Source: Botryllus schlosseri (Eukaryota). From it: a DNA stretch of 64,000 bases. Under the pieces are notes generated by a model. That model was not told the DNA's origin. It made no database searches and worked only from the letters and a program-made list of their open reading frames with translations. The position numbers and the translations under genes are program-made. Position 1 is the first letter of the stretch; every line of letters begins with the position of its first letter. The DNA is taken from NCBI GenBank assembly GCA_051294905.1, contig CM119372.1, forward strand, positions 6,884,001 to 6,948,000. The letters run 5' to 3'. Below are positions 14,114-27,043 of this stretch, piece by piece.

Positions 14114-14986
14114 TGTCGTGTGAACGTAGATAACAAAAGATGAAATCGTACGATGTTTTTGTGCATGTACTCTCTCTCGTGGCTATGAGAGATATGTGTA
14201 GGTAATACCACGGAGAGATTTTTCATTCATATTTATATTCTATTCATGATTGTTGACGGATTCGGTTGTCAATTGCATTGTCGTACGTGATTCAATAAAG
14301 TTACAAGTCGTGGAGACAGAAACAAAATATATTCGTCAGTGTGATCCATCGATTACGTGTGCAAGAGACAGGTCGTGATACGTCAGCCAACAAGGCCGTC
14401 AAGGTTACGCCGGTCCGTCAAGAGAAGAAACACGCAGCGAATTGTAAACGCAACCTTCTGAAGTCAATTATACAACTAAAAACATTCGCTCTGCGTTATA
14501 CTGAGTGATATTTCACGATTTTGCGACACCTAGCGATTTCCACAGCCACTTACAGCATTTTGGTCCATCTGGAGTTGACAAGTGACAACTGAGAACTGAC
14601 AATATTGATAGATAGTGTGGGAGAAATGGGTCGTCTGATATCCTGCTAGAGTTGTAACCTGAGTCCCACGTAATGTGTGGCTGGGTAGATATACTTAGCT
14701 CTTTTCGTAGTAGACACACGTCCCTGCGTTAGTCCTTGATCTGACAACTTCAACGTGAATGCAACGACAGTATTGCCTCAGATAGATATATTGGTCGAAT
14801 ATGTATGGAATATACAGTAGGATATCGCAGATGAGTCTAGTTCGTAATTTGAGATGCACGTGCTGATAAATGGTAAGTTACGTGGTACGAGAAGAAATAC
14901 ATAAATCACGTGATATACAGATATGAGAGAGAAGGGGCCAGAGCCCCACAATAGTAAGCATAGGCTAGCTCCACACTGATGTTTCA
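14114..14986. mobile_element. Probable solo LTR
   Basis: TG...CA termini, 5-bp TSD TATGT (14109-14113 / 14987-14991), internal AATAAA near 14295, no coding signature. Confidence 0.55.
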
Positions 14987-15891
14987 TATGTTATAGGTAT
15001 ATAGAATAACTGTAGTACTGTAGTGTAGCTGTGAAGAATCACATCGTCCTCGATGGCAACGAACAACTTGGCTTCATCAACTTTAGACTTCTGCTCCTAT
15101 CAACGTCACGTATGTTCAAGGAGAATGTACGATAATTGATGATTGAATGAGGACACCCGATTACGCTCATAATTTGAATATGTTTTCTTGATAGGTATTT
15201 GAACTACAAATATTGTGCACAACATATCTTGGAGGATGAAAAATCACCTTTCACATCATGTGAATATTTGTCGAGAACCACAAAACGAAAATGCCCAAAT
15301 CCTGCTCTTCGTCCAAGAAAGCAAAACAGGTTACTGGTGTGGTTACCTGTTCGATCGTAGCACAATTTAAATGTTATCGTTGCTTTATCAGTTTGCCCAT
15401 TTTTTGCTCTGACCACCTTCATTAACTTATTGTAAAAGAGAAGCATCAGAAGCAAAAAAGGAAATTGCGAAGAAAACGAAAAATTCAGAAAGCATCTCTT
15501 GTGTAAGAATTTAGCAATTGTTATACTATTCCAAAGAATTTCTGAAACAATTTTAGTGATGATTTGATCAACTAGTAACAGCGCAATCCCCCCATAGGGC
15601 TTATAACTTTAATTGGGTTTATCCACATAAATTTACGAAGTCCCGGACTGCATCCTTCTGATTTCAATGGACATTAGGGCTATAGGCTAATTATCTCTTA
15701 GCTCAGGTGACCTGATATACCCGTAAAGTAGATAATGCATTAGAAAATCCAGACTTTATGAATCATATTGTAGTGTAGTTGGATCGGTTTCAAGTGATAT
15801 ATAGCCCTCTGTACTGTCCTCGAATTAATAATCTAACAACTTTATGGTACGCAAGACATATGTAATAATATATGTTACATGAAGTTGCTCA

Positions 15892-16063
15892 ATTAAATAG
15901 TATATTCATATTGAATATTCAATATAATACAATGTTCTTTCCAATTCTCTACTAGTTGCTGACGATTACCCCTGACGAGTGTCAGCCGAAAATATTCGGG
16001 TTCATTTCAATATGAATATACTATTTAATTGTATATTGAAGTTCTGTACCTCCAAGAAGCTCT
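15892..16063 (+). mobile_element. Short Penelope terminal-repeat insertion carrying hammerhead copy 2 (15958-16001)
   Basis: Identical 44-nt ribozyme core; short inverted head (15892-15915); 12-bp TSD TGAAGTTGCTCA (15880-15891 / 16064-16075). Confidence 0.85.
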
Positions 16064-17513
16064 TGAAGTTGCTCAGTAATCTTATACATGGTATATATAT
16101 ATATATATCCCAGTTATTGATTTCTTGAGTTTTAATGAATTATATATCACAAAACATAGGCCTACGAAGGAAGATTATATCAAATATGTAGCTTATTTAC
16201 TGGAAAAGGGCATTGGAATCACTCACCAAACTGAATCTAGACTCGACCAACTTGAAAAACTCATTTCGGGAGATGTGAACTAGTCAATATTTCCATTTCT
16301 ACTCGGGCGGCACAATTTTTCAACACATACCGTAGGTTGCACACCCCGCTGACATATTTGATTCATTCAGTCTGATTCAGTTGAGTCGGTTCTTACTGAA
16401 AGTTCAAACTTTCAGTAGATCAGAATCCGCGAAAAGACAGAAGCTAGTGAATCAGCTTTATAAATACTCTGAAGAAACACCGAAGACTACTGATGGACAG
16501 ATGAATCATGAAGACTCTGGTAGGACTTTTCATAACATCCACGAATAATTTGTTTTGCTAATTCTGTTTATGATGGCGCAGAATCTAATGTCGAAGACAT
16601 TCAGCGTCCGATAAATGACGACTGGCCGCTTGAAAACCCCGCCTCCATCGGTACTGATGCAGATTGGGATGATTTTGATCCTGTCAACAATGAAGTCTAC
16701 GAACCGCTGAGATATGCAGGTATGCTGCGGCTCGTATCTGCCCATGAGAATTGTCTATTAGTCAAACGCTACTTTTTTAAATATCTGCAAAAATGTGTCT
16801 CTTCCACTTGTAGGGTTCTGGTACTTGAAAGTCATCAAAAATTTTTCTTTTCGTCATTCTTAAATCTAATTGCTGTGTCCGGCTGTAGTCAACTGCATCA
16901 GCAATTGTATCTATTATGATTTTCACTAATCCCATCAGCCAATCAATGATTAATTTTGGTCCTTGCCAGGAGTCTAGATACAAATTTTGCCCGGTCATTG
17001 TCCAACTTACAGCCTGTGATGACCTTGAAAAAATAATGGTGTCTGTAATATCATGATTCTTGAAAAATTCCTGTCTACTTCCTTGAATTTTCTGTCCTAA
17101 ACCGACTCTTTTTGGTGATGCCACTACGATTATGCTTTAATCCCAATGTTCGTATATTCATATTCTCCTCTTAACCTCGCGACTGTCATATTTACAGACG
17201 TCTTAACACCCGAGGAGGTGGTGGCTACCGCGCAGAGTAAACTAATTCGTCTTCAGTCGTTATATATTGAACAGTTCAAGCGACTGTTCCACCTGCTGGA
17301 GGAGAGGAGACGGCAGTAGGCCTATCTTCAAGATCTCAAAAGTGAGATCAAGGAAGAAAAGGCAAACTCGGGTAATCTACGCAAACTTTCGCAACATATT
17401 TCATTGTCAATTTAATTGCTGGCAATTGTAACTTTAGCAAGTGTAAATGTGGAACAAGTTACGATTTTCATCGTTTGTAAACAGAATTGGTCAACGTCAT
17501 CTCAACATAGCTA

Positions 17514-18924
17514 CTCGTAAACCGGGGTAACTTTGGACACTAAGCACTAAAAGATTTCAATGGTTATTGATGGAAACGGGTTGCCGCTGGATGTCCAATT
17601 CTTTTTCATGAGGCAACAGTACCACAAGTAGTCTCAATAAAAGGTTGATTCATTTCACTACCAGATAAACTTGACCCAACATTGATAAATTAATGGCGGG
17701 GGTCAATTTCATGAAAATTGATAACCATTAAACTTCTTACAACCAAACATAGATATCATGTGATTCATAGATTCAAAACTTGGCAGCAGATACCTCTACG
17801 TAGTCTTAATCCATGGAAAAAATCTTGGTGGGCTCACCCTTGGATCAATACAAGAAAATGTGATGTTCAAAGTTACCCCGTCAAATTTTATCCGAACGGG
17901 GTAATTTTGGACAATGAAAAATGTAATATTAGAGCTCTGGAAAGTGGCTGCTTCATCTGTGTCAAAGTGTACCGTCAACTATATTCCTTATGACCGGCCT
18001 GATGGCTTCTTAAAATGGAATGAGAAGGTTAATAAATTAAGAGTTTGCCAAAACATGAAAAAATGGGTAGGCAATGAGCTGAGAGATTGTAATCGGGTGT
18101 AAGCTACTTCAAAGACTTACACATACTCCTAAAGATGCGCCTGCTGATTATGGGATATCGTAAATTACTACAAATATATCCATCAGAGGACATAGGAGAG
18201 GGAAAGTGTATCTTTTAAAGAACTGTAATAGATTTGAAATCGGCAATAAATCACGGTAACATGCTTAATGTTTGCTATCGATCGCTGATACTGCTAGTGG
18301 GATACCCCTTATCGCCATATATTGTTTATAAGTCCCAATTGAAGAGTTTCTTGGAGGTACAGAACTTCAATATACAATTGAACAGTATATTCATATTGAA
18401 ATGAACCCGAATATTTTCGGCTGACACTCGTCAGGGGTAATCGTCAGCAACTAGTAGTTGTCCCAAGTCCCAATTGGTGAAGGCATGAGGGAAAATTGAG
18501 ATAAGGGATGAATAAGGGGGCATTAGCCTTCATAACCTACCTAATTTTTTTTTTTTTGGGGGGGGGGATTAGGTGAAAATCATACCACAGGGTAGACATA
18601 CTATTTTCTTTCAGTATTAGCCACTGCTCTCATCAACTCTTACCAAAGAAGCCTCATTTACGAGGCTTCATAAACAATAGAGGGTAAAGACATACAAAAA
18701 ACTACATTGCCCAAAGCTATCCCACATGCAGGGGTAACTTTGGACACGGATAATTTACAAAAATAAGGTACTTATTTATGACCATGAAGATTTTGGATTA
18801 GGTAGTTCTAATCTTTGCTCCATGACCCCTAAAAACACAAAACTTGCGCCCCCTACACCCTAGCATTTCCAAGATACAAAGCGGAAATGTTGAAAATTGT
18901 CCAAAGTTACCCCGGTTTACGGGG
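17514..18924. mobile_element. Non-autonomous Tc1/mariner-pogo-like element
   Basis: TIR CGTAAACCGGGGTAACTTTGGACA / TGTCCAAAGTTACCCCGGTTTACG, TA on both flanks, internal repeats of GGGGTAACTTTGGACA. Confidence 0.7.
18342..18464 (-). mobile_element. 123-bp Penelope terminal-repeat insertion carrying hammerhead copy 3 (18405-18448)
   Basis: Identical ribozyme core; 12-bp TSD AAGTCCCAATTG (18330-18341 / 18465-18476). Confidence 0.85.
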
Positions 18925-20434
18925 TACTCGGGTATAAGTAGCACCGTATACTCCTAACTCAATTACAAGCAGAAATGATTTCTAAAACATGTCAAAACGA
19001 CTTCATGCAGAAGTAGAAAATTAAAGGGCCTAGGAATGACATCCTTTTAGCAGTTGGCTGCTTTTTGAGCGGAAGATTTATTCTCGCAAGTGACAGTACA
19101 AACAGATGCTTTATGAAACAGTAAGTAGTTGCCTTGAAAATCAGTCTAAGCATCGTTACCACTTACGTATGTACTACGAAAAGTCCAAGCACTTCGTTAA
19201 TGACTGTCTTTTCTGGTAAAACACTCTTAACAGACACAAATGTGAACAGTTGCAGGTTTCGCGAAACACGATGCGGAATTTGAAGAAAAGGACGACGTCC
19301 ACGCGCTCGCTATGTGCGGAAAAAAAACGGCGTCAATGCGTTGTTTAGAAAAATGCAATGCAGAAAAGACAGCGATCTGCTCGCTCCATAGTGAGTGTTT
19401 GTCGCCGTTTGGCCACGTGCCATGTTTGTTTCATGTATTACTATGTTGCAGCGGGAGAGTTTTTCTTCAATGCCATCGTCGACACAACGTTGCGCTCATG
19501 CGTCCAACCACACTCAGTGTAAAGCGTCTTGTCTCTCGTACACAAAGTATTGTCCGTCGCGTAAGCAGATTTAGCTGTTCCCAGTAGAGCTGGGCAAAAT
19601 TGAGTTACAACTGAATGACTCGATTCTGATTTATTAGGCGTCAAATTGGGAATTCGAGTATAACTCCTTAGGACGTCATAACAGTGTGAAAGATGTAGAA
19701 AGCTTCAAATTATGTACCATTTATGCTACCATGAAGAATATATAGTCAGTCCTACATCAGATTCAAGATAATTTGGTATTTTTCCGACCGTTTCTATTTC
19801 ATTGCTGTTTGTGACAACTCTGTGGCTTGATGACGACTTCACAGATATGTGATTTCTACTAATTTTCGTAGCTTCGTACTACAGGTTTTGTATGATGCCA
19901 TACGGACAATCGAGGTTTCAAGGCTTCTACAGTAAATAATACTATCGAAACTACAATTATTGATAGTAAATTAATTTTTGGTGGCAAGGAACGCAAAATG
20001 TCAGAACTCGAAAGAATATTGTCTCACTAATTGACTCGAAACGTTAGAATTAATACTGGATTCAGATTCCAGTGCTTGAATCATAGTAGCCAGCGCTAGT
20101 CCATAGCGATGCGAGTTATAACATGCCCTTGATTTACAGACATATTGGAAGATCCTCATCAGCTCCTGTATAAGAAATGTCACAACACCCTATGTCCGTT
20201 GCCGGTGAACCATCTTCTCGCCAGACCATATCCCAATGACGACGTTGACGGTCTGGAAACTGGCAATGTTTATTATTGTACCCTGCATGCTCCGTTGGCG
20301 GAAATGACTTTCAATTTCCCGGATATCGTCACCAAAGACGAGAAGGTATTGTCGTTGTAGTTTATAGACACTTTCCGGCATGATTTTTGATGTATTATTG
20401 TCTATCTCAGTTGATAGAAACTCCAATATCTCTA

Positions 20435-22489
20435 CACTGTAAAAAATCTGGTAGATTTACTGGGAAATCTCTTTAAGTTTTACCGCAAATTACCGGTCGC
20501 AGTCAATTACTGTGCGTAGCTTGTCATTTTACATTTTGATATGTAATATTACCTTAATATAGCTGTAAAGTAAGTTACCAGAATTTCTTCGCAAAATTAC
20601 TGACAGTTACTCGTTACTGCAGTTTACCGGGCTATTGGCAAAATTGATTTGCATCAAAATCGCTGCAGCCAATGTATATGTAGAACTGAATGTTACTGAT
20701 ATATCATTCTAGAGGTGATTTGACCTGATTGAACCTCGTTTGCGAGACTGGGGTCTGTCATACCGAAATTGTTGGCCCTAGTATCAATTTAAGCTTGGTA
20801 GGGTACAAGAAATAACTGACAATCGTAGCTAATGTGTTACACCGTAGCCATATTATATTATAAGGCAATGGCTGTACGGCCAGTCTCGCTGGCTACATTC
20901 GTTGTCACGGATAAGGCTGATAAGTTAGAAAATTGGTTCGGGATGTATAGTATTGCTCGGGGAAATTAGAAATATCAGCACCGCATGCTCAGCTGACCAT
21001 TTGTTAATGGCGGACAAGGCGACCTGTAATAGGTTACATTAGGTGACTGCTTTTTCTGAGATTCGTAGTAAACAACCAACGCACAACTGTGACATCACAA
21101 GCAGCGTCTGGTTAGGTAAGTACAGTAAGTAGTGAACAACACATGGAATATACATCAATTTATACGAAATTAGATGAAAAAAGGGACTATATGCAATGAT
21201 AAATGTTTCTGTATGAAAAAAACGACCCAGATCAAACATTATAACGTGGCCAGTAGATATTATTGGTGTCATGTGTCAGCGGATGAATACAATTTATTTC
21301 GAAATCGTTCGAGTGTAGTCTGGCCAATGGACATTAGTGAGATTTGAGCAAAGGGTGGAGCGAAACTTGTTGTGCTTGAAGAAAGTGGACACGATCGTTG
21401 AAGATTCCTAGGAATGCTGAATGGAATACGCATCTTAAAAGGTAATACAGTACTACATATTATTTGTTACCGTGAATATCTGACTCTGCGCACCAGCCCT
21501 CGATGACTTAGATTTCATGATTGATATATTTCATTCGCCTCATTCTCTGTTCTATTTTGGGATATTTGTCGACTTATATAGTGACCACATACTCCACTGC
21601 GGAGGAGTTGAAACTGTTAGCTTGGTAATGTCATTTTCGGGCCATAGCATAGATATGTTTTCATCCACTGCTGGATTTGTTTGCCACACATGCCACCTTA
21701 AATTAGGAACCTTTTGCTTCAATACAGAGATAAAGTCATGAATCTCTGCTATGTCATGTAAAAGGCGGAGCCGTCATCACACAATGTGCCAGTACCGGTA
21801 CTTCAAATCATAAACATGTTATATTTTTGTTAGCCTATTTGTCTTAGTCTTTATAATGTCTTGTCCACTGTCCAGGTTAGGAACTTTGCTTTATATAGCG
21901 ACTTACGCATGAATTCTTTTTAGTGGAACTGCAGGATACTACTTACGCAGAAGGAATGAGAACGAGAAAAAGAAACAATTGAAGTTTGGCCGGTGGTGGA
22001 ATTAATTCACGTTTTCTTGAGACCACTCGTGCTACTGAATGTCTCCTAAAGAAGAATTAGACCTCCAGCAGCAATATTTTTCCATCGATAACCACTTCAT
22101 CGTGATATCATGAATGAATATACAGTTTGTTCCAATGTCGTTTTGGGGATGTGAAGAAAATGTTGCGATATTTTTGCATCGGGTTGCTTTGCGATAGGTA
22201 TGGATGTACGTGAATTTACAAGCTGGTATGTAATCCTGATTTACAGGGACAGCATGTAGGTAGGTAGGCGGTAAAATGACAGTCTCGATCGCAAATGTAC
22301 AGGAGAACATGTAGATTAGATATACTGGAGGTGACTGTAACATTACAGTCTGGCGTGTAAAGTGAGATTACCGGACGAGTGTAAGTTAAATTTACATTGA
22401 CTAACGGTAATGTTAGATTACCACGAAATGTCTGGCTACCGTGCTTCCAAACATTACGCGGTAAATCGAGGTTTTTATTTTTTACAGTG
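20435..22489. mobile_element. Non-autonomous CACTA/EnSpm-like element inserted into a KANSL2-like exon
   Basis: Termini CACTGTAAAAAA / TTTTTTACAGTG with TA duplication; removing it restores the frame LIETPISL-DDPVVETPML. Confidence 0.75.
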
Positions 22490-23382
22490 TAGATGATCCG
22501 GTTGTGGAAACTCCAATGTTACCTGAAGATAATCCGATTCAACAGCTGTGTCGCTGTAAGTATATATTACCCGTTGACGTAACTTGTACAAACTACGAAT
22601 ATAGTTAGTTAACAGTCAACTAGCTAATGTGGTTTAGTTCGTTGTCTTACAAGTAGAAAATATGTGTCGCTGTTCGGCGAGAATCGTGATACTGGTCTTC
22701 TGTTGTGTGATGTTATTGCAGCTGCAGCCATTGCCTGCTCAGAGTCGTCACTACTTTATCAGTGACATAACAAGGGATTGGGTTTTGGCGGACGAAACCC
22801 CATTGTTTCAAACTCAAAACACCGAATTGAATCTAGTTAGTTGTGTTTTGATTTCACATTGGGAAAATTCATTAGTTCCTCCGAGTCTGGTTGACGTACC
22901 ACGTCTTGCTGATCGGAACCGTTTTTATAGATGCTGTCGAGCGCGAATCAAACACCGCTACCTCGGATAGTGAAAGTGCTAGCGCCATGGAGTCCGAGCC
23001 GTCTGGTGTCTTCAAAAAGTCTGAATCTGGAGTCGAGCAGTCTCAAAACGTTGACGGTGCCATGACGGACAGTGTTGATGTTTAATCATTAGCATCGCGT
23101 CCTGGTGCTGACAAAATCTCGAATCACATTTCTAATGCAAAAGATTCTGATCCAGTGTCGGTAACAGTCGAAGACTATCCTGTGTGTGAACAGATGAACT
23201 TACCAGCCAATGTACCTAGCAGGCTTGATGAGCAAAACCCGTCTCCGAAATCGGAGGATGAAAATACAAATCCTAGTATGCAACTGCAAAATTTACCCGA
23301 CAATGTGTCAATTGCTGATGCTAAACTGCCAAATGTTTTGCCAATGGATATTGGAGACTCGGTAGATTCCTGTGTTGGTAAC

Positions 23383-25902
23383 CAGACATGGGGTGATTAC
23401 TTCATGAATGTAATCGATTGCGATTACGATTACTTCAGAATCACGCGATTACGATTACGATTACAGCAAAATCAGGAAGTAGTCGATTACGATTACGATT
23501 ACATTGGAAAAGTAATCACGATTACTCGCGATTACATTTGTTTTGCTTCTATAAGGACTATAATCTTAAAGGATATATTGGAACTATGGAAGACAATACA
23601 AGGATTGCGATGAAAAGGCCTAATGAGATATCAACTCTCTTCATACATCATGCGTCATTTGCTAATTACTTCATATTATACCAATTTCCCAACTTTATTG
23701 GGATGATTTATCGCACCCAACGATTTGCATTATTGCCAGGTCTTTACCTGCCGCACCCCAAATTCCTTAATAGGGTCGGGAGCGTGCTCGAAGGGGACTC
23801 AAAAGTATTTCGTAAACTAACATAAATTATAGAGTATTTTCGAGAATTTAATTAATTCTTGAAAATGTTCTTCGAGCTTCGCGATTCAAATGTCTCTAGT
23901 ACAGGGATCACCAACGCGGACCAAATGAGTCGCCCGCGGTCGCTGTAGCAAGTATTCAAATGAAAGATTTGAAAGTTGAACCTGGTTTCATATGAGCATG
24001 AGCAGCAGTTGAGCATTGGTCGGCCGACCCCAAGGAACATACGAACGCAGTCGTTCGGGGCATTGCTCGTCTTCGCGCACGCGGCGGCTCAACGGGAATC
24101 TATAGTTAATATTCCCGAGTCTCGACGCGGAGATTAGCGCTTTGGCGCGCACTGCAGCAACGCAACTGAGCCTGGAGGAGCTGGTGTGACTCCCGGCGTG
24201 TGAGCGTTTTTTGTTCTTGGTAAGGGGCGGAAACCCGGCCCAGTGCTCTGATTGTCTTACTCTAAGTGAAGAAATCCAACTAGCACGGATAAACGGCGGG
24301 AGTAAGTGGTAACCCGTCGGTCGTCGCAATAATCAGTACACACTACACAAGAAGTAGTTTTTTGTTTCAAAACGGTTGGTGACCCCTGCTCCAGTAGATA
24401 GCTGGGTTTGAAATGCATATACCTCTCCCCCTTAGGAAAAAACATGCATAGGCTATTTTATGGGAACAGGCATTTCGGAGCCGGTCATTACCGCGCCACG
24501 ATCCCACAACACACCAAAAGACATATACAGTTTCAGCCAACACGCAACTCCACGGGATGTGATACCAAAGAAATACCTTGGCCGAAACTTAGGGTATTCG
24601 TCCATTGTCAATAGCCGCGCTGGGTGGGCGTGACTAATAATCGTCCTGTCCTTCCAATCTGAGCCCACAATGCAAATGCCACCCGGCGCATCCACATAGG
24701 AATAAAGCCATGACAATTTACGTGCGAGTCTCACGAAAGATATTCTTTTAGTCTGCTACGTTTGGGCGAGTACAATATCTTTTGATTAATCAACAGACTG
24801 GAGGTCACGAATTAACAGCATACAATAAAGTAATTATAACAACATATACCAGATGCTATAATTATGAATTACGTGACCCAGCTCTATCAGGTAAATCTGA
24901 CACTCGGGGCTGAGAGAGATTAAAAATGAATAGTAATCTAATGCAATGACCAACATTATTGACGAAATTCGGTTTTGAAAATTGACCATCGGTTGGACTG
25001 GGGGACGAATTGCTGTTGGTTCACATTCTAGCTACAACCCACGCTAACATGTCAGGCTATATAAGCGGATGGTTATGGCGGCAGGTCCAAATGCTGACTA
25101 ATGAACTGTGAAATAACGATTGGCGCCCGTTTCAAGTAGTTATTTGGGAATAAGATATAGCGAACATAAAAATTCTGCCTTCAACTTAATACAGATACTG
25201 CGAGCTGCTGTTACGAGAAACGGCTAAGCACGGCCCGGTAATGATATATATCAGCAGCTGTTTATTGGTAATGCTTCGTTCTGGATATTGCTATTCGACG
25301 AGTACAAAATTCCGAATTTTTGTCAGGTGTACGTGCGTACGTAGGCCTACTGCTCGCCAAGCAGCAACGTTGAAACTGCATTTAACTAAGCACAACCAAA
25401 CATCAATACATAAGTTACTATTTGAAACTATGGGCAGAGTGGTGATCAATATCCTGCTGCGAGGTAAGGGCTTCTGTAGTGTATTGATAACCTGATATAC
25501 ACCACGGGGGGTGTTATTACAATCACACTACAATGTCCATCGCCTGTCTGTTTACAATGTGTGGAGTGGACTCTGGATACTTCTTACGCAATCAAGAGCG
25601 GAGCTAATACTTCTGACGTAATAATGAGTAGTGGCGTTTGAAAATCAGACGTTTGTGCTATCGCTAACGAGGTATATTATCTCATTCTTGTTCACGAATA
25701 TTCAGTTTATGTCATAGTCCTTGTACAAACAAAAAGTAATCGTCCTTTGACAAAGAAATCGATTAGATATGGGAAGTAGTCGATTACGATTACGATTACT
25801 TCGGATTTTTTTCGAATGTAATCGATTGCGATTACGATTACTTCAAAATGCTGTAATCGTCGTAATCGATTACGATTACTAATCGCGATTACCCCATGTC
25901 TG
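23383..25902. mobile_element. hAT non-autonomous element with GATTAC subterminal repeats
   Basis: TIR CAGACATGGGGT / ACCCCATGTCTG; perfect 8-bp TSD TTGGTAAC; splits the frame DSCVGN-AGDLNAT. Confidence 0.88.
23902..24388. mobile_element. hAT MITE nested in 23383-25902
   Basis: TIR CAGGGATCACCAAC / GTTGGTGACCCCTG; TSD CTCTAGTA / CTCCAGTA (7/8). Confidence 0.75.
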
Positions 25903-26481
25903 TTGGTAACGCGGGTGACTTGAATGCCACTGCTGAGAACGGTGATGTCCAAGAAATGGTCCCTCCAACGGGGCTTGCCGATACCTCTGTCGGTTGTGAG
26001 AATGACAAAGTCTTGTCGAATGACGAGTCGAGGATGTCAGTTGATGACGAACATACTGTTACTGTCGTTGAACAGGACGCGTTACGTCAAAAAAATCTTG
26101 CGATCTCTGCCAACGATGATGCTATCTTACTGCATAAAGAAGACACTGACTGCATCAGTTGACGATACTGAACACAGTACGGCTATAATGATGTTCCAGG
26201 AATGGAAGTGGATGAACCGGAAACAATGTCACCTCGTGTACACAGTTTACACACTGATACTGAGTGTCAATCTGTAAAGCAAGATGGGACTAATGTTGAA
26301 GAAGAAGAATCCTGTGACGCTGTACTGGCGATAGCGAATCTGATCGGTAATCTTAGCTCTCAAAAGACACAGTCCAGCATGGTAGATTCTACGGACGTTG
26401 CTGAGGCAGACAGGACATGTATCGCCTGTGATCAGTCAAAGTCAGCAGATGGAGTTGACTCGGATACAGTCTTCCAAAACC

Positions 26482-27043
26482 CAGGGTTGCAACCAAGTAA
26501 CAAGGCCATGAGTCACAAGCCAATCTCACTTTTATATTTTTGACTCGAGTCAAGTCGAGTCATTTTCAATTCCCACCGAGTCAAGTCCGAGTCCAAGTCA
26601 GCGAACAGAGGATCGAGTCCGAGTCATGGTAATATGACTCGAGTCCGAGTCCAAGTCATTGTGTTGACTGCTCAGTTTCCAGTTAAAGTCTTCCTAAACC
26701 CACTATTTTAACTCTGTTTGGTGATAGTGAATGGTTCGCATTTATAATATATCAATTTTCCTCACTTTTAGCACTTTCTGGTCGCATTTTCAAGCACCAG
26801 TACCACCAAACGAAATCCCAATAGTGTGTTGGCTTCGAAACTACAATGAAATGTCGGTCTTGGCCGTCTGAATCTCGAGTCAATGACTTGCTTCGAGTCA
26901 TGCGCAATGACTCGAGTCCAAGTCGAGTCAATACACAGATTGACTCGAGTCTAGTCATTTCCGTATTTTGAGAAAATGACTCGAGTCGAGTCATCCAAAA
27001 ATCGTGACTCGAGTCTGACTCGAGTCGAGTCATTACAACCCTG
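26482..27043. mobile_element. hAT MITE with GACTCGAGTC subterminal repeats
   Basis: TIR CAGGGTTG / CAACCCTG; perfect 8-bp TSD CCAAAACC; splits the frame DTVFQN-LQSGM. Confidence 0.88.
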
